Positions 29,882-38,549 of a stretch of DNA of 45,569 nt are shown here, piece after piece; within the stretch, counting starts at the first letter, position 1; every line of letters starts with the position of its first letter. The position numbers and the translations under genes are program-made. A model generated the notes under the pieces. The model ran no database searches, was not told the DNA's origin, and worked only from the letters and a program-made list of their open reading frames with translations. Origin of the DNA: a virus (lineage: Duplodnaviria > Caudoviricetes); IMG/VR virus record IMGVR_UViG_3300032314_000503, positions 1 through 45,569 of that record, one strand, 5' to 3'.

Positions 29882-30151
29882 CTTGTTCAGTTAAATATTT
29901 ATACTTACATTTGTAAAAGATTTGACACCTACAGGTGATGAAAGATACTCGGAAAGTTAAATCTAAAAAAAAATACAAATAAATTTGGTAGATTGAAAAA
30001 ATAACCATATATTTGTAAAGGATTTGAGACGGACAACGATTAAGATACAAGTCTCGAATCTTAAAAAAAAGTTTAAGAAAAATTTGACAGAACGAAAAAT
30101 TTGACTTAAATTTGTAAAACAATTCGGGAATGACCGAAAAGTTCTTTGAAA
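29882..30151 (+). promoter_or_regulatory. Three tandem Bacteroidota-type promoters followed by a hairpin and rrn-type boxA
   Basis: TAnnTTTG at 29906, 30008, 30107 (TTTG at 29984, 30083); GTTCTTTGAAA at 30141. Confidence 0.75.
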
Positions 30152-30154
30152 AGT

Positions 30155-30990
30155 AAGATTATCCATTCAGTGAAAGTAACCATCGGGTGATGATAACTGA
30201 TAAACGATAATGGGCCGTGTATGGTCCTTAAATAAACTACGAAAGTAGGATAAAGTGACCTCCCTCGTGTTGAGGAGGTTGCGGTTTCGAAAGGAACTCG
30301 AGTACACAAGTGGGATATCACAAGACCTTTAGTACCGAGGGTAACACTGTAGGGAAAGTGGTCAGGTGACTTGGCAAAGTGGATTGTCAAGTTGAGGTGG
30401 GAACACCAACAAGAATAACCCATAGGAATCAAGTAAGAAACGTAGCTCCAACTACACAATTGCGGATTCCAATACCGAAGGGTACTTAAAACCGAAAGGT
30501 AAGGTAGAGAACGAGTGGTGTCGCTACTACCCCTAAAGATGACCTACCAAGGTCTCTTTATGAAGTAAACTGAAAGTATGGAGATAGGGATATCTCACGG
30601 AGTAGTTTAGTATTTCGTCGCCCAAAAGGAGACGGAGCTTACGGTGGACCACTACTCTGACACATCCACGACACAATCTAAAATTATGAACAATAATTAA
30701 AGGAAAAGTGTCCATCAGGTTTGAGTGAAAGGTCACTACATAGTCACGGGTTGTCCGTGGCACAGAAAGACCCCAAGTCTAACTGTAGTTTTACGAAAGA
30801 CCTTTAATCCCGCAAGGATGAACTGGGGTGGCAACCTCGGAAAGAGTCAAGTAATAAGAGAGTAACTTAAACCTCAAGGAGTGGTAAACCTAAAAGACCG
30901 TGACTGAGAAATACTTCTCAAAAGGAAGTGGATACGAAGGGAAACAATAATCCTTCAAAAGGTTCTCAATCAAAGCTATAATCTCAGGCT
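30155..30990 (+). ncRNA. Large structured non-coding RNA, GOLLD-like; ends approximate
   Basis: ~830 nt, GC above genome background, no credible ORF, many hairpins with GNRA loops, lies between strong promoters and a tRNA. Confidence 0.7.
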
Positions 30991-31007
30991 TCGTTTAACT
31001 CTTACAT

Positions 31008-31080
31008 CGCAACTTAGAGCAGAGGCCAGCTCGTCAGGCTCATAACCTGAAGGTCGGAGGTTCGAATCCTTCAGTTGCAA
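31008..31080 (+). tRNA. tRNA-Met(CAT), initiator type
   Basis: Cloverleaf; TCAGG-CTCATAA-CCTGA arm; C1:A72 mismatch; no encoded CCA. Confidence 0.92.
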
Positions 31081-31088
31081 CAAATCAC

Positions 31089-31112
31089 AGGTGGAGAAAT
31101 CCACCTTTTTTT
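31089..31112 (+). terminator. Intrinsic terminator of the ncRNA-tRNA operon
   Basis: aggtgga-gaaa-tccacct plus T run. Confidence 0.85.
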
Positions 31113-31185
31113 ATTTATTAACGACACTTTAATATTTTATGTATGCAATTATCTTATTTTTAAAATATTTATAGAATAAGAAAAT

Positions 31186-31455
31186 ATGGATATGGAAATT
31201 AAAATTGGCGTGGTAGAATCGCACTACTACAAAGGAGTTAGAGAACTTCAATCGATTGATTTAGAGAAGTTTCCACTTATCAAGCAGTTCCTTGAGATAA
31301 ATCCTGATGCGACGGAACAGGACCTACTCAAGTATATGAAAAAAATTAAAGACAAAGATTTTCAAAATTTTTTAAATGAACTTACTTGGAATGAAATAAT
31401 GGAAGAAGATTTTTCAAAAAGTAAGACAAATTTTATTATTAAGGTGGAGAAATAA
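31186..31455 (+). CDS. Hypothetical phage protein
   Basis: ORF; TATTTATA at 31166. Confidence 0.65.
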   Translation: MDMEIKIGVVESHYYKGVRELQSIDLEKFPLIKQFLEINPDATEQDLLKYMKKIKDKDFQNFLNELTWNEIMEEDFSKSKTNFIIKVEK

Positions 31456-31491
31456 TTTGGTAGATTGATATTTTTATCGTATATTTGTATT

Positions 31492-31749
31492 ATGAAAGTA
31501 ACAGTTCTAAATATAATACATCCTGAATACGGTAAAATAGTTTCTGAAACATTTACTGATGCAACACAACTTAAACTCTTTTTGAACATGGTTCAAACTG
31601 ATATTGATTCGGGTCGAAAGTTCCATCACTTCAATGTTACGGACACTTTGATTCAGATTCCGGCAAACATTTTGAAGGAATGTTTAATTTTTACTACCTC
31701 AAACAAGGTAACTCACACTGAACAAGTTCTTGCAAAACTTTCAGTTTAA
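31492..31749 (+). CDS. Hypothetical protein, probably leaderless
   Basis: TTTG 31456 and TATATTTG 31480; ATG at predicted +1. Confidence 0.7.
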   Translation: MKVTVLNIIHPEYGKIVSETFTDATQLKLFLNMVQTDIDSGRKFHHFNVTDTLIQIPANILKECLIFTTSNKVTHTEQVLAKLSV

Positions 31750-31795
31750 AATCTTTGTATCACAAAGTGGTGGACCAATCCGGTGGTTGGGCTCA

Positions 31796-31822
31796 AAAAT
31801 AGGGTGAAAGCCCTATTTTTTT
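31796..31822 (+). terminator. Intrinsic terminator
   Basis: aaaaataggg/ccctattttt. Confidence 0.8.
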
Positions 31823-31853
31823 GTTTTCTAAAGGTATTTATAATAAAAAAACT

Positions 31854-32165
31854 ATGGCTAAAGTTATATTAACAGAAACTCAGTTAAAAAAATTGGAATC
31901 CCAATTAAAGGAATCTGAAGTTATTGAAGGTAAGGATGGAAATTATATGGCTAAGCAACAACTTTTCATTATTGCAACACTTGCTCAAAAGATGTGGGAG
32001 ATTATGGAAGACAACGAAGAACTCGACGACTGGATGGAGTCAAAAATTGCCCAAGCTGAACAATCATTAACAAGTGTTGTTAAGGCTTATATGTATGATG
32101 AACTAACTGATGATATGAAGGGAATGGAAACTCTTAATTATAACGAGATTGTTATTGGAAAATGA
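31854..32165 (+). CDS. Hypothetical protein, possible virion internal protein
   Basis: Leader VILTETQLKKL; YMAKQQL..LDDWMESKI; TATTTATA at 31835. Confidence 0.7.
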   Translation: MAKVILTETQLKKLESQLKESEVIEGKDGNYMAKQQLFIIATLAQKMWEIMEDNEELDDWMESKIAQAEQSLTSVVKAYMYDELTDDMKGMETLNYNEIVIGK

Positions 32166-33025
32166 AAAAAATACTTAAAGAAGAAAGTACTAAATTTTAT
32201 TTATATAACCCAATTCCTATTATTAAACAAGAGGCTTCTGAGGTTATCCAAAGAATACTAAGAACTCATGATGTTTCATTTGAATTTGGTAAAGATGTTG
32301 ATTTAAACCAGCTTGATACTGTTAATAAGATGAGAATGAAAGATTATATTAACAGGATTGTTAAGTTTAAGGAAATCAGAGGTCATGCTATTGAGGGATT
32401 AATGTGTGGACTTTTTGAAGGTAAGTTAAATACAACCCAAGCAGGAAGTTGGGATTATTCGGTTGCACCTGGTACAGTTGAACAAAAATATGTTGAAGAT
32501 GATGGAGAGAGTCCAGTAATTGGTGGATACAAACAAATATTGACTGCACTTGGACCTGAGGTAAATGCAATCGTTAAAAATATAACAGAAAAGTATGGTG
32601 AATCAAACATATTTTTAATTAATGATGATGAGCTAACTGAGATTAAAAAAAATGTTTTAGCTGGTATGACTGCTGACATTGTTTGTATCTCAACAAAAAT
32701 AATTGATAGGGTAAGAAGTTATTATTTTACAAAAGAAAATTTCATCAACATATTTTCAGATGCAAATAATTGCTCTGCCCCAAAACAAAAAGGTGGAAAT
32801 CAACTTAGAATAAAAAGTTCAGCTGTTAGGAGTGAGGGTATTACTTTTGACATCATAATTCCTAAAATTTCACAGAAAGAATACGATGATTTTTTAAATG
32901 TCGACCAAGAGGAGTTAGTAGTTGCTCAAATATTTGGACCGTTCTCAAATAAAATTCGCCCTGATATTTTAAAGTGGATAAAGAACAACAAAGAAAAGTT
33001 TAAAGACTTGGTTAGTTCACTTTAA
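32162..33025 (+). CDS. Hypothetical phage protein
   Basis: 287-aa ORF, ATGA overlap. Confidence 0.7.
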   Translation: MKKILKEESTKFYLYNPIPIIKQEASEVIQRILRTHDVSFEFGKDVDLNQLDTVNKMRMKDYINRIVKFKEIRGHAIEGLMCGLFEGKLNTTQAGSWDYSVAPGTVEQKYVEDDGESPVIGGYKQILTALGPEVNAIVKNITEKYGESNIFLINDDELTEIKKNVLAGMTADIVCISTKIIDRVRSYYFTKENFINIFSDANNCSAPKQKGGNQLRIKSSAVRSEGITFDIIIPKISQKEYDDFLNVDQEELVVAQIFGPFSNKIRPDILKWIKNNKEKFKDLVSSL

Positions 33026-33042
33026 TTTACTATCTTTGTGGT

Positions 33043-33732
33043 ATGAAAATCACTTTCATATCAGATTCACACAACAAACACAAGCAAATTACTGAAGACT
33101 TGCCAGGAGGCGACCTATTGATTCACGCTGGTGATATCTCATCAATGGGTTATAAGCATGAAATCCAACAATTCTGTAAGTGGTTTGATAGTTTGACTAA
33201 TTATTCTGCGGTTGTCTTCATCGCTGGTAATCACGACTTTGGATTTGAGAAACGACCAGAAGAAACTATGGAAATTGTTAATTCATACGAGTGGATTACA
33301 TATCTCCAAGACAGCATTTTACATTTTGCTTCAGAAAATATTGAGATTGCCAACATTTATGGTAGTCCTTGGCAACCTGAATTTCATAATTGGGCTTTTA
33401 ACCTACCAAAGAATGGATTGGAACTTGAACAAAAGTGGAATGACATTCCTGAAGATACTGACATATTAATTACTCACGGACCGGCATTTGGTATCTTGGA
33501 TACAATTATGGGTCAGCATGATAATCTAGGATGTGAATTACTAACAAAGAGAATTAAAACAATTAAACCCAAAATTCATGTTTGCGGACATATACACTCA
33601 GGGTATGGTTATGTTTTTGACGGAGATACTCACTTCATCAATGCCTCGGTATTAGACGAACGGTATCAATACACCCAAAAACCACTAACGGTAGAATGGG
33701 ACCCTGTAACGAATAAATTGGAGTTTATTTAA
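33043..33732 (+). CDS. Calcineurin-like metallophosphoesterase
   Basis: DSH, GD, GNHD, THGP, GHIH motifs; TATCTTTG at 33031. Confidence 0.93.
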   Translation: MKITFISDSHNKHKQITEDLPGGDLLIHAGDISSMGYKHEIQQFCKWFDSLTNYSAVVFIAGNHDFGFEKRPEETMEIVNSYEWITYLQDSILHFASENIEIANIYGSPWQPEFHNWAFNLPKNGLELEQKWNDIPEDTDILITHGPAFGILDTIMGQHDNLGCELLTKRIKTIKPKIHVCGHIHSGYGYVFDGDTHFINASVLDERYQYTQKPLTVEWDPVTNKLEFI

Positions 33733-33737
33733 TTTGA

Positions 33738-33762
33738 AACCCGTCTAACCGACGGGTTTTTT
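33738..33762. terminator. Bidirectional terminator
   Basis: aaacccgtc/gacgggttt between convergent genes. Confidence 0.8.
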
Positions 33763-34369
33763 ATAAATGAGATATTAATACATCTCTCCCATAATCAACA
33801 ATCTCAGGATATTCAGCAAGAACTTCTTTATTTAAGAATAAAGAACCACTAAATCTTTCATCACTAATTAATTCGTGAGTTGAACCAAATTCTTTATTCA
33901 ACATTTCATTATAAATTCTGACTCTCTTAGTGTTAAATAAGTCAGCATCTCCTAACTGTTTAAAGTCGGCGGCTCCAAAGTAACCAAAAGAAGCGTTAGG
34001 TTTTTCTGAAAGAATTTGTTTAATGTAATTTTGTAGTAATCCGAAAACTTTCAGTGGTATTTGTTCCTTTGTCTGAAAACTATATTCATCATAATGTTTT
34101 TGACCGGCACTTGCAAGTTTTTGTTGCTTAACAAAGAAATCATCTTGTAATTTTGGAAAGAATGAGATTATAAAAAGTTGATAATCATATTCATCCGAAT
34201 ATACAACATACTTAAACTTAGGAGTTTTAAATGTATAGATGTGTCTCTTAGTAAATTTTTCAGAAGACTTGGGGTCCTTTGATTGAACGTATCTCCAACC
34301 AAATTCTTCAGGGTCTACCGAAAAATCAATCTCCCTTAAAATTTGTTTTATTCTTTCTCTTAATTGCAT
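33761..34369 (-). CDS. Hypothetical phage protein
   Basis: 202-aa ORF; leader IKQILRE. Confidence 0.72.
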   Translation of the reverse strand: MQLRERIKQILREIDFSVDPEEFGWRYVQSKDPKSSEKFTKRHIYTFKTPKFKYVVYSDEYDYQLFIISFFPKLQDDFFVKQQKLASAGQKHYDEYSFQTKEQIPLKVFGLLQNYIKQILSEKPNASFGYFGAADFKQLGDADLFNTKRVRIYNEMLNKEFGSTHELISDERFSGSLFLNKEVLAEYPEIVDYGRDVLISHL

Positions 34370-34557
34370 TTTTTACTGAAGGCTGTTTTGTATTCCTCAG
34401 TACCATACTTCTTCCAATTCCAACTACCTAAGAAGTCAGGATTCTCAACTGAGCACTTACCTGAAGATTTGTATTCAGACAAAAATTTGTCCGACATCTC
34501 TTTGGTGTATCTATTTTTAACTGAGAAGTTTGTCATATATCTTTTATTAGAATACAA
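34360..34557 (-). CDS. Small hypothetical protein
   Basis: ORF overlapping next gene; TATTTAT just upstream; start uncertain. Confidence 0.55.
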   Translation of the reverse strand: MYSNKRYMTNFSVKNRYTKEMSDKFLSEYKSSGKCSVENPDFLGSWNWKKYGTEEYKTAFSKKCN

Positions 34558-34737
34558 ATATACGATAAATATCTTGACTGGCCAAATAATATTTGTTACA
34601 ATTATTGTCAGTATTTAAAAAAATTATCTGACATTTTGTCAGTTATTAACATTTGGCATATTTTTTAACTTTTTGGAACACGGAACTTGATTCCATTAAA
34701 ATAAACTTTTATATTTAAAAAAAATTATTTAAAATTT

Positions 34738-36618
34738 ATGGGAAAAATTATAGGCGTGGATTTAGGCACAACAAATTCGTGTGTGGCAGTTATGGAAAAT
34801 GGAGAACCCATCGTTATCACAAACAGCGAGGGTAAAAGAACAACACCATCAATCATTGGGTTTACAAATGATGGTGAAAGAAAAGTAGGAGACCCGGCAA
34901 AGCGTCAGGCGGTTACAAACCCCGACAAAACCGTACACTCCATAAAGCGTTTCATGGGGGCAACTTATGATGAAACTAAAAAAGAAGGTAAGCGAGTTCC
35001 TTACAAAGTTGTGAAGGGTGACGGTGGAACACCACGAGTTCAAATCAACGATAAAAAGTATTCACCGCAAGAAATTTCTGCGATGGTACTTCAGAAGATG
35101 AAACAAACCGCAGAGGACTACCTCGGAGAGGAAGTAACAGAAGCGGTAATTACAGTACCGGCGTATTTCAACGACGCTCAGCGTCAGGCGACAAAAGAAG
35201 CGGGTGAAATTGCAGGTCTTACTGTAAAGCGTATCATTAATGAACCAACCGCTGCAGCACTTGCCTACGGTCTTGACAAGAAGACTCAAGACATGAAGAT
35301 TGTAGTGTTCGACTGTGGTGGTGGTACTCACGATGTATCAGTACTTGAACTCGGTGATGGTGTATTTGAAGTGTTGTCAACTGATGGTGATACTCACCTC
35401 GGTGGTGACGACTTCGACCAAGCAATCATTGACTGGCTTGTAAGTGAGTTTAAAGATGAAAATGGTTTGGATTTGACTCAAGACCCAATGGCTCTTCAGC
35501 GTCTTCGCGAGGGAGCTGAAAAGGCTAAAATTGAGTTGTCATCTTCACCATCAACTGAGATTAACCTCCCTTACATTATGCCAGTGGATGGTATTCCAAA
35601 ACACTTGGTTCGTAACTTGACTAAGGCTAAGTTCGAACAACTTGTTGACAGTCTTGTACAAAGAACAATTGCTCCTTGTAAAACAGCATTGAAAAATGCT
35701 GGACTCAATACTTCTGACATTGATGAAATAATCTTAGTTGGAGGCTCAACGAGAATTCCAGCAATACAAGAAGCAGTTAAGAAGTTCTTTGGTAAGGACC
35801 CATCCAAAGGTGTAAACCCTGATGAAGTTGTTGCTCTCGGAGCTGCAATACAAGGTGGAGTACTCGGTGGAGATGTGAAAGATGTTCTTCTTTTGGATGT
35901 AACACCACTTTCACTTGGTATTGAAACAATGGGCGGAGTATTTACAAAACTCATCAATGCTAATACCACAATTCCAACCAAGCAGTCACAAGTGTTCTCA
36001 ACCGCAGTTGACAATCAACCATCGGTTGAAATCCACGTACTCCAAGGAGAGCGTTCAATGGCAAAAGACAACCGTTCAATTGGAAGATTTATGTTGGATA
36101 GTATTCCACCAGCTATGAGAGGTATTCCTCAGATTGAAGTAACCTTTGACATTGATGCAAACGGTATCATTAATGTATCGGCAATGGACAAGGCAACCAA
36201 CAAACAACAATCAATTCGAATCGAATCTTCGTCAGGGCTTTCAAAAGAAGAAATTGAACGTATGAAACAAGAAGCTGAAATGAACGCTGACGCTGACAAG
36301 AAAGCAAAAGAAGATGTTGAAACAATTAATCAGGCTGACTCAACAATCTTTAACATTGAGAAATCAATGAAAGAAATGGAAGAGAAAATGACTGAGGAAG
36401 AAAAAACAAACATTACTTCCGAACTTGCAGAGTTGAAAGGTGCTCATTCTTCTAAAGACGTGGAAAAAATCAAAGAGACTATGGAAAAAGTTAATGAAAG
36501 TTTCCAAGCAGTATCGATGAGATTGTACACTGAATCCCAAGAATCGGCTCAAACTGAAGAAGTAACTGAGGACCGTGAGGTTACAAATGTTGACTTCGAA
36601 GAAGTTGAAGCAAAGTAA
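34738..36618 (+). CDS. dnaK: Chaperone DnaK (Hsp70)
   Basis: [39 protein letters not shown]-terminal DFEEV. Confidence 0.98.
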   Translation: MGKIIGVDLGTTNSCVAVMENGEPIVITNSEGKRTTPSIIGFTNDGERKVGDPAKRQAVTNPDKTVHSIKRFMGATYDETKKEGKRVPYKVVKGDGGTPRVQINDKKYSPQEISAMVLQKMKQTAEDYLGEEVTEAVITVPAYFNDAQRQATKEAGEIAGLTVKRIINEPTAAALAYGLDKKTQDMKIVVFDCGGGTHDVSVLELGDGVFEVLSTDGDTHLGGDDFDQAIIDWLVSEFKDENGLDLTQDPMALQRLREGAEKAKIELSSSPSTEINLPYIMPVDGIPKHLVRNLTKAKFEQLVDSLVQRTIAPCKTALKNAGLNTSDIDEIILVGGSTRIPAIQEAVKKFFGKDPSKGVNPDEVVALGAAIQGGVLGGDVKDVLLLDVTPLSLGIETMGGVFTKLINANTTIPTKQSQVFSTAVDNQPSVEIHVLQGERSMAKDNRSIGRFMLDSIPPAMRGIPQIEVTFDIDANGIINVSAMDKATNKQQSIRIESSSGLSKEEIERMKQEAEMNADADKKAKEDVETINQADSTIFNIEKSMKEMEEKMTEEEKTNITSELAELKGAHSSKDVEKIKETMEKVNESFQAVSMRLYTESQESAQTEEVTEDREVTNVDFEEVEAK

Positions 36619-36637
36619 TTAAAAAAAATTAAATTTT

Positions 36638-36660
36638 AACCCGCTTCGTCGGGTTTTTTT
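36638..36660 (+). terminator. Intrinsic terminator
   Basis: aacccg/cgggtt plus T run. Confidence 0.75.
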
Positions 36661-36697
36661 ATTTTGTAAGATATTTATTTTTATAAAACTAAAGAAA

Positions 36698-37000
36698 ATG
36701 AAAAAAGTAATCAGACTTACAGAATCAGACTTAACTAGAATAGTTAAAAGAGTATTGAATGAACAGTCGCAACCTGAAATGGAAATTCCAAAAGAATTAA
36801 CAAGTTGCTCAGCCATACAAACCGCTATGACATTACCAGGTTGTCAAAGCACTATAATTTCAATGATGACCGGAAAAATTCCAAATCCCGATGATGTTTT
36901 CGAGTGTACTAAAAATTGTATGGAAAAAAGTATTTTTCTTTTTACTTCAATGGGTGTATGTGTACAAAATTATTTAAAAAACAATAAAGTTAGTTATTAA
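36698..37000 (+). CDS. Hypothetical protein with MKKVIRLTESDL leader
   Basis: ORF; TATTTAT at 36672. Confidence 0.75.
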   Translation: MKKVIRLTESDLTRIVKRVLNEQSQPEMEIPKELTSCSAIQTAMTLPGCQSTIISMMTGKIPNPDDVFECTKNCMEKSIFLFTSMGVCVQNYLKNNKVSY

Positions 37001-37018
37001 CAACTTATTAACAATTTA

Positions 37019-37046
37019 AAGACCCCCTCATGTAGGGGGTTTTTTA
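37019..37046 (+). terminator. Intrinsic terminator
   Basis: accccct/agggggt plus T run. Confidence 0.8.
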
Positions 37047-37123
37047 TTAAAAATCTAAAAATAAATTTGGCAGAACGAGAATGTTACCGTATATTTGTAT
37101 CACAATTAAAAACAATAAACCCC

Positions 37124-37873
37124 ATGATGACAATCCAAGAACTTCAATCAGTAGTCCCTTCAGTATTCAACACTCAAAAAGCTCAGAAGCTTTCTGACAA
37201 GTACACAGTAGTACCAACCATTGATGTAGTAAATCAATTTATGCAAGCAGGTTGGGAAGTGGCAAGTGCAAAGCAAGTAGGTTCAGGTGTATACGGTAAA
37301 CACTCAGTTCGCCTACGTAACTCAGAACTCCCAAAGGTAGGTGACTCTCTACTTGAGGCAATCATCACCAACTCTCACGATGGTAGTACCAAACTCCAAG
37401 TAGGAGCAGGACTGTACCGACTTGTATGTTCAAACGGTCTTGTGGTACCGATACAAGAATTGGTTAATATTAACCAGCGTCACATGAACATTCAGATGGA
37501 TGAGGTTAACCAAATCACAGAGAAGTTCATTCAGATATCACCAATCATTGAGCGTTCAGTGAACCGAATGATGGATGTGAAAATGGACACAGAGAAGAAG
37601 ATTGACTTCGCAACCAAGGCTCTTGGTATCCGTTGGAAAAACACAGAGGACATCTCAACTCTAACACTTGAGACAATCATCAACCCTCTCCGTGACGGTG
37701 ATACTGAAAGTAACCTGTGGAGCACCTTCAATGTAGTACAAGAGAAGTTGATTCGCGGGGGATTTGTTAAACAGCAAGGTCGTAATGTTCGTACAGTGAA
37801 ACCAATTACTTCACTTAACATGGACACCATGATTAACCAAAAGTTGTGGGAACTTGCTGAGACATTCATCTAA
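37124..37873 (+). CDS. DUF932/DUF945 family protein
   Basis: NSHDGS..GLYRLVCSNGL..LWSTFNVVQE..NQKLW; promoter TTTG 37066 and TATATTTG 37090. Confidence 0.88.
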   Translation: MMTIQELQSVVPSVFNTQKAQKLSDKYTVVPTIDVVNQFMQAGWEVASAKQVGSGVYGKHSVRLRNSELPKVGDSLLEAIITNSHDGSTKLQVGAGLYRLVCSNGLVVPIQELVNINQRHMNIQMDEVNQITEKFIQISPIIERSVNRMMDVKMDTEKKIDFATKALGIRWKNTEDISTLTLETIINPLRDGDTESNLWSTFNVVQEKLIRGGFVKQQGRNVRTVKPITSLNMDTMINQKLWELAETFI

Positions 37874-37883
37874 TTAAAACAAA

Positions 37884-37913
37884 GTGGGGTGTCGATACGG
37901 ACACCCCACCTTT
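37884..37913. terminator. Terminator hairpin between convergent genes
   Basis: gtggggtgtc/gacaccccac. Confidence 0.75.
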
Positions 37914-37933
37914 AAAATTAGGTTAAACCGTAA

Positions 37934-38101
37934 TTAAACTTTTTTTGAGATTACAGACCAGATTGTTCCGACGAAAGTAATAATCATACCTATTATATCC
38001 ATAATCTGACCCTCCGTTGCTAAACCTTTAGCAACTAAAATACCACCTATGAAAGTTAAAAAGTGCCTCAAAAGACCTTTAACTTGTTCTGTTTGTACCA
38101 T
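37934..38101 (-). CDS. Small two-TM protein, putative holin, 55 aa (not in ORF track)
   Basis: MVQTEQVKGLLRHFLTFIGGILVAKG...GTIWSVISKKV; TATTTATA at 38131-38138. Confidence 0.7.
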   Translation of the reverse strand: MVQTEQVKGLLRHFLTFIGGILVAKGLATEGQIMDIIGMIITFVGTIWSVISKKV

Positions 38102-38145
38102 TTGACTTTGTTTAAAGATTTATTTATTATTATAAATATCATATT

Positions 38146-38322
38146 ATGGAAGAGAATACAGACATGAATAGAGTACATACAATAAGATTTGGTGAGTGGA
38201 TACCACAAAATTATGAACCATGTGGTGAGAATAATTGGAAGAAAAGATATCCAAAAACTTCAGAAGAGATGACTGAATGTTTTACAACGGAGGAGATTTA
38301 TAAGGAGTTTTTGAAATCATAG
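38146..38322 (+). CDS. Small hypothetical protein, 58 aa (not in ORF track)
   Basis: MEENTDMNRVHTIRFGEWI...TTEEIYKEFLKS. Confidence 0.55.
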   Translation: MEENTDMNRVHTIRFGEWIPQNYEPCGENNWKKRYPKTSEEMTECFTTEEIYKEFLKS

Positions 38323-38465
38323 TCAAGTGGCGGAATACTGAGAGTCTCCGGAAACATACTCTCAAGGTAGACGTACTAGATGGTTATAGCACTAGGGGTA
38401 AAAAAGCACAATGCGTGTGGTCACTATAATGGCAGCCCGTGGAGGTTCGAATCCTTCCTTGACTA
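38321..38465 (+). ncRNA. tRNA-like RNA 1 (D-loop hairpin insert, no canonical anticodon arm)
   Basis: AGTCAAG/CTTGACT-A acceptor, TGGCGGAA..GGTAGACG, GGAGG-TTCGAAT-CCTTC T-arm; 145 nt. Confidence 0.75.
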
Positions 38466-38549
38466 CTTAAAAAAAATCACTTGAGGTATAAGTACAGCTT
38501 CTTGTGAAATAAATAATTGTACTAAAATTTAAACACGTTTTTCTTTTTT

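Noticed and set aside
30106-30763. Minus-strand ORFs 30106-30459 and 30533-30763
   Set aside because: Antisense to the structured RNA, atypical composition, no promoter motif; treated as shadows.
34738-36618. Bacterial chromosome origin suggested by dnaK, dnaJ and sigma
   Set aside because: These genes are scattered among phage-type hypotheticals, homing endonucleases and tRNA arrays, with no bacterial operon context such as grpE.
933-37869. Numerous 60-150 aa ORFs overlapping long genes on the opposite strand or another frame
   Set aside because: Shadows of well-supported genes such as sbcC, sigma, dnaJ, dnaK and DUF932.
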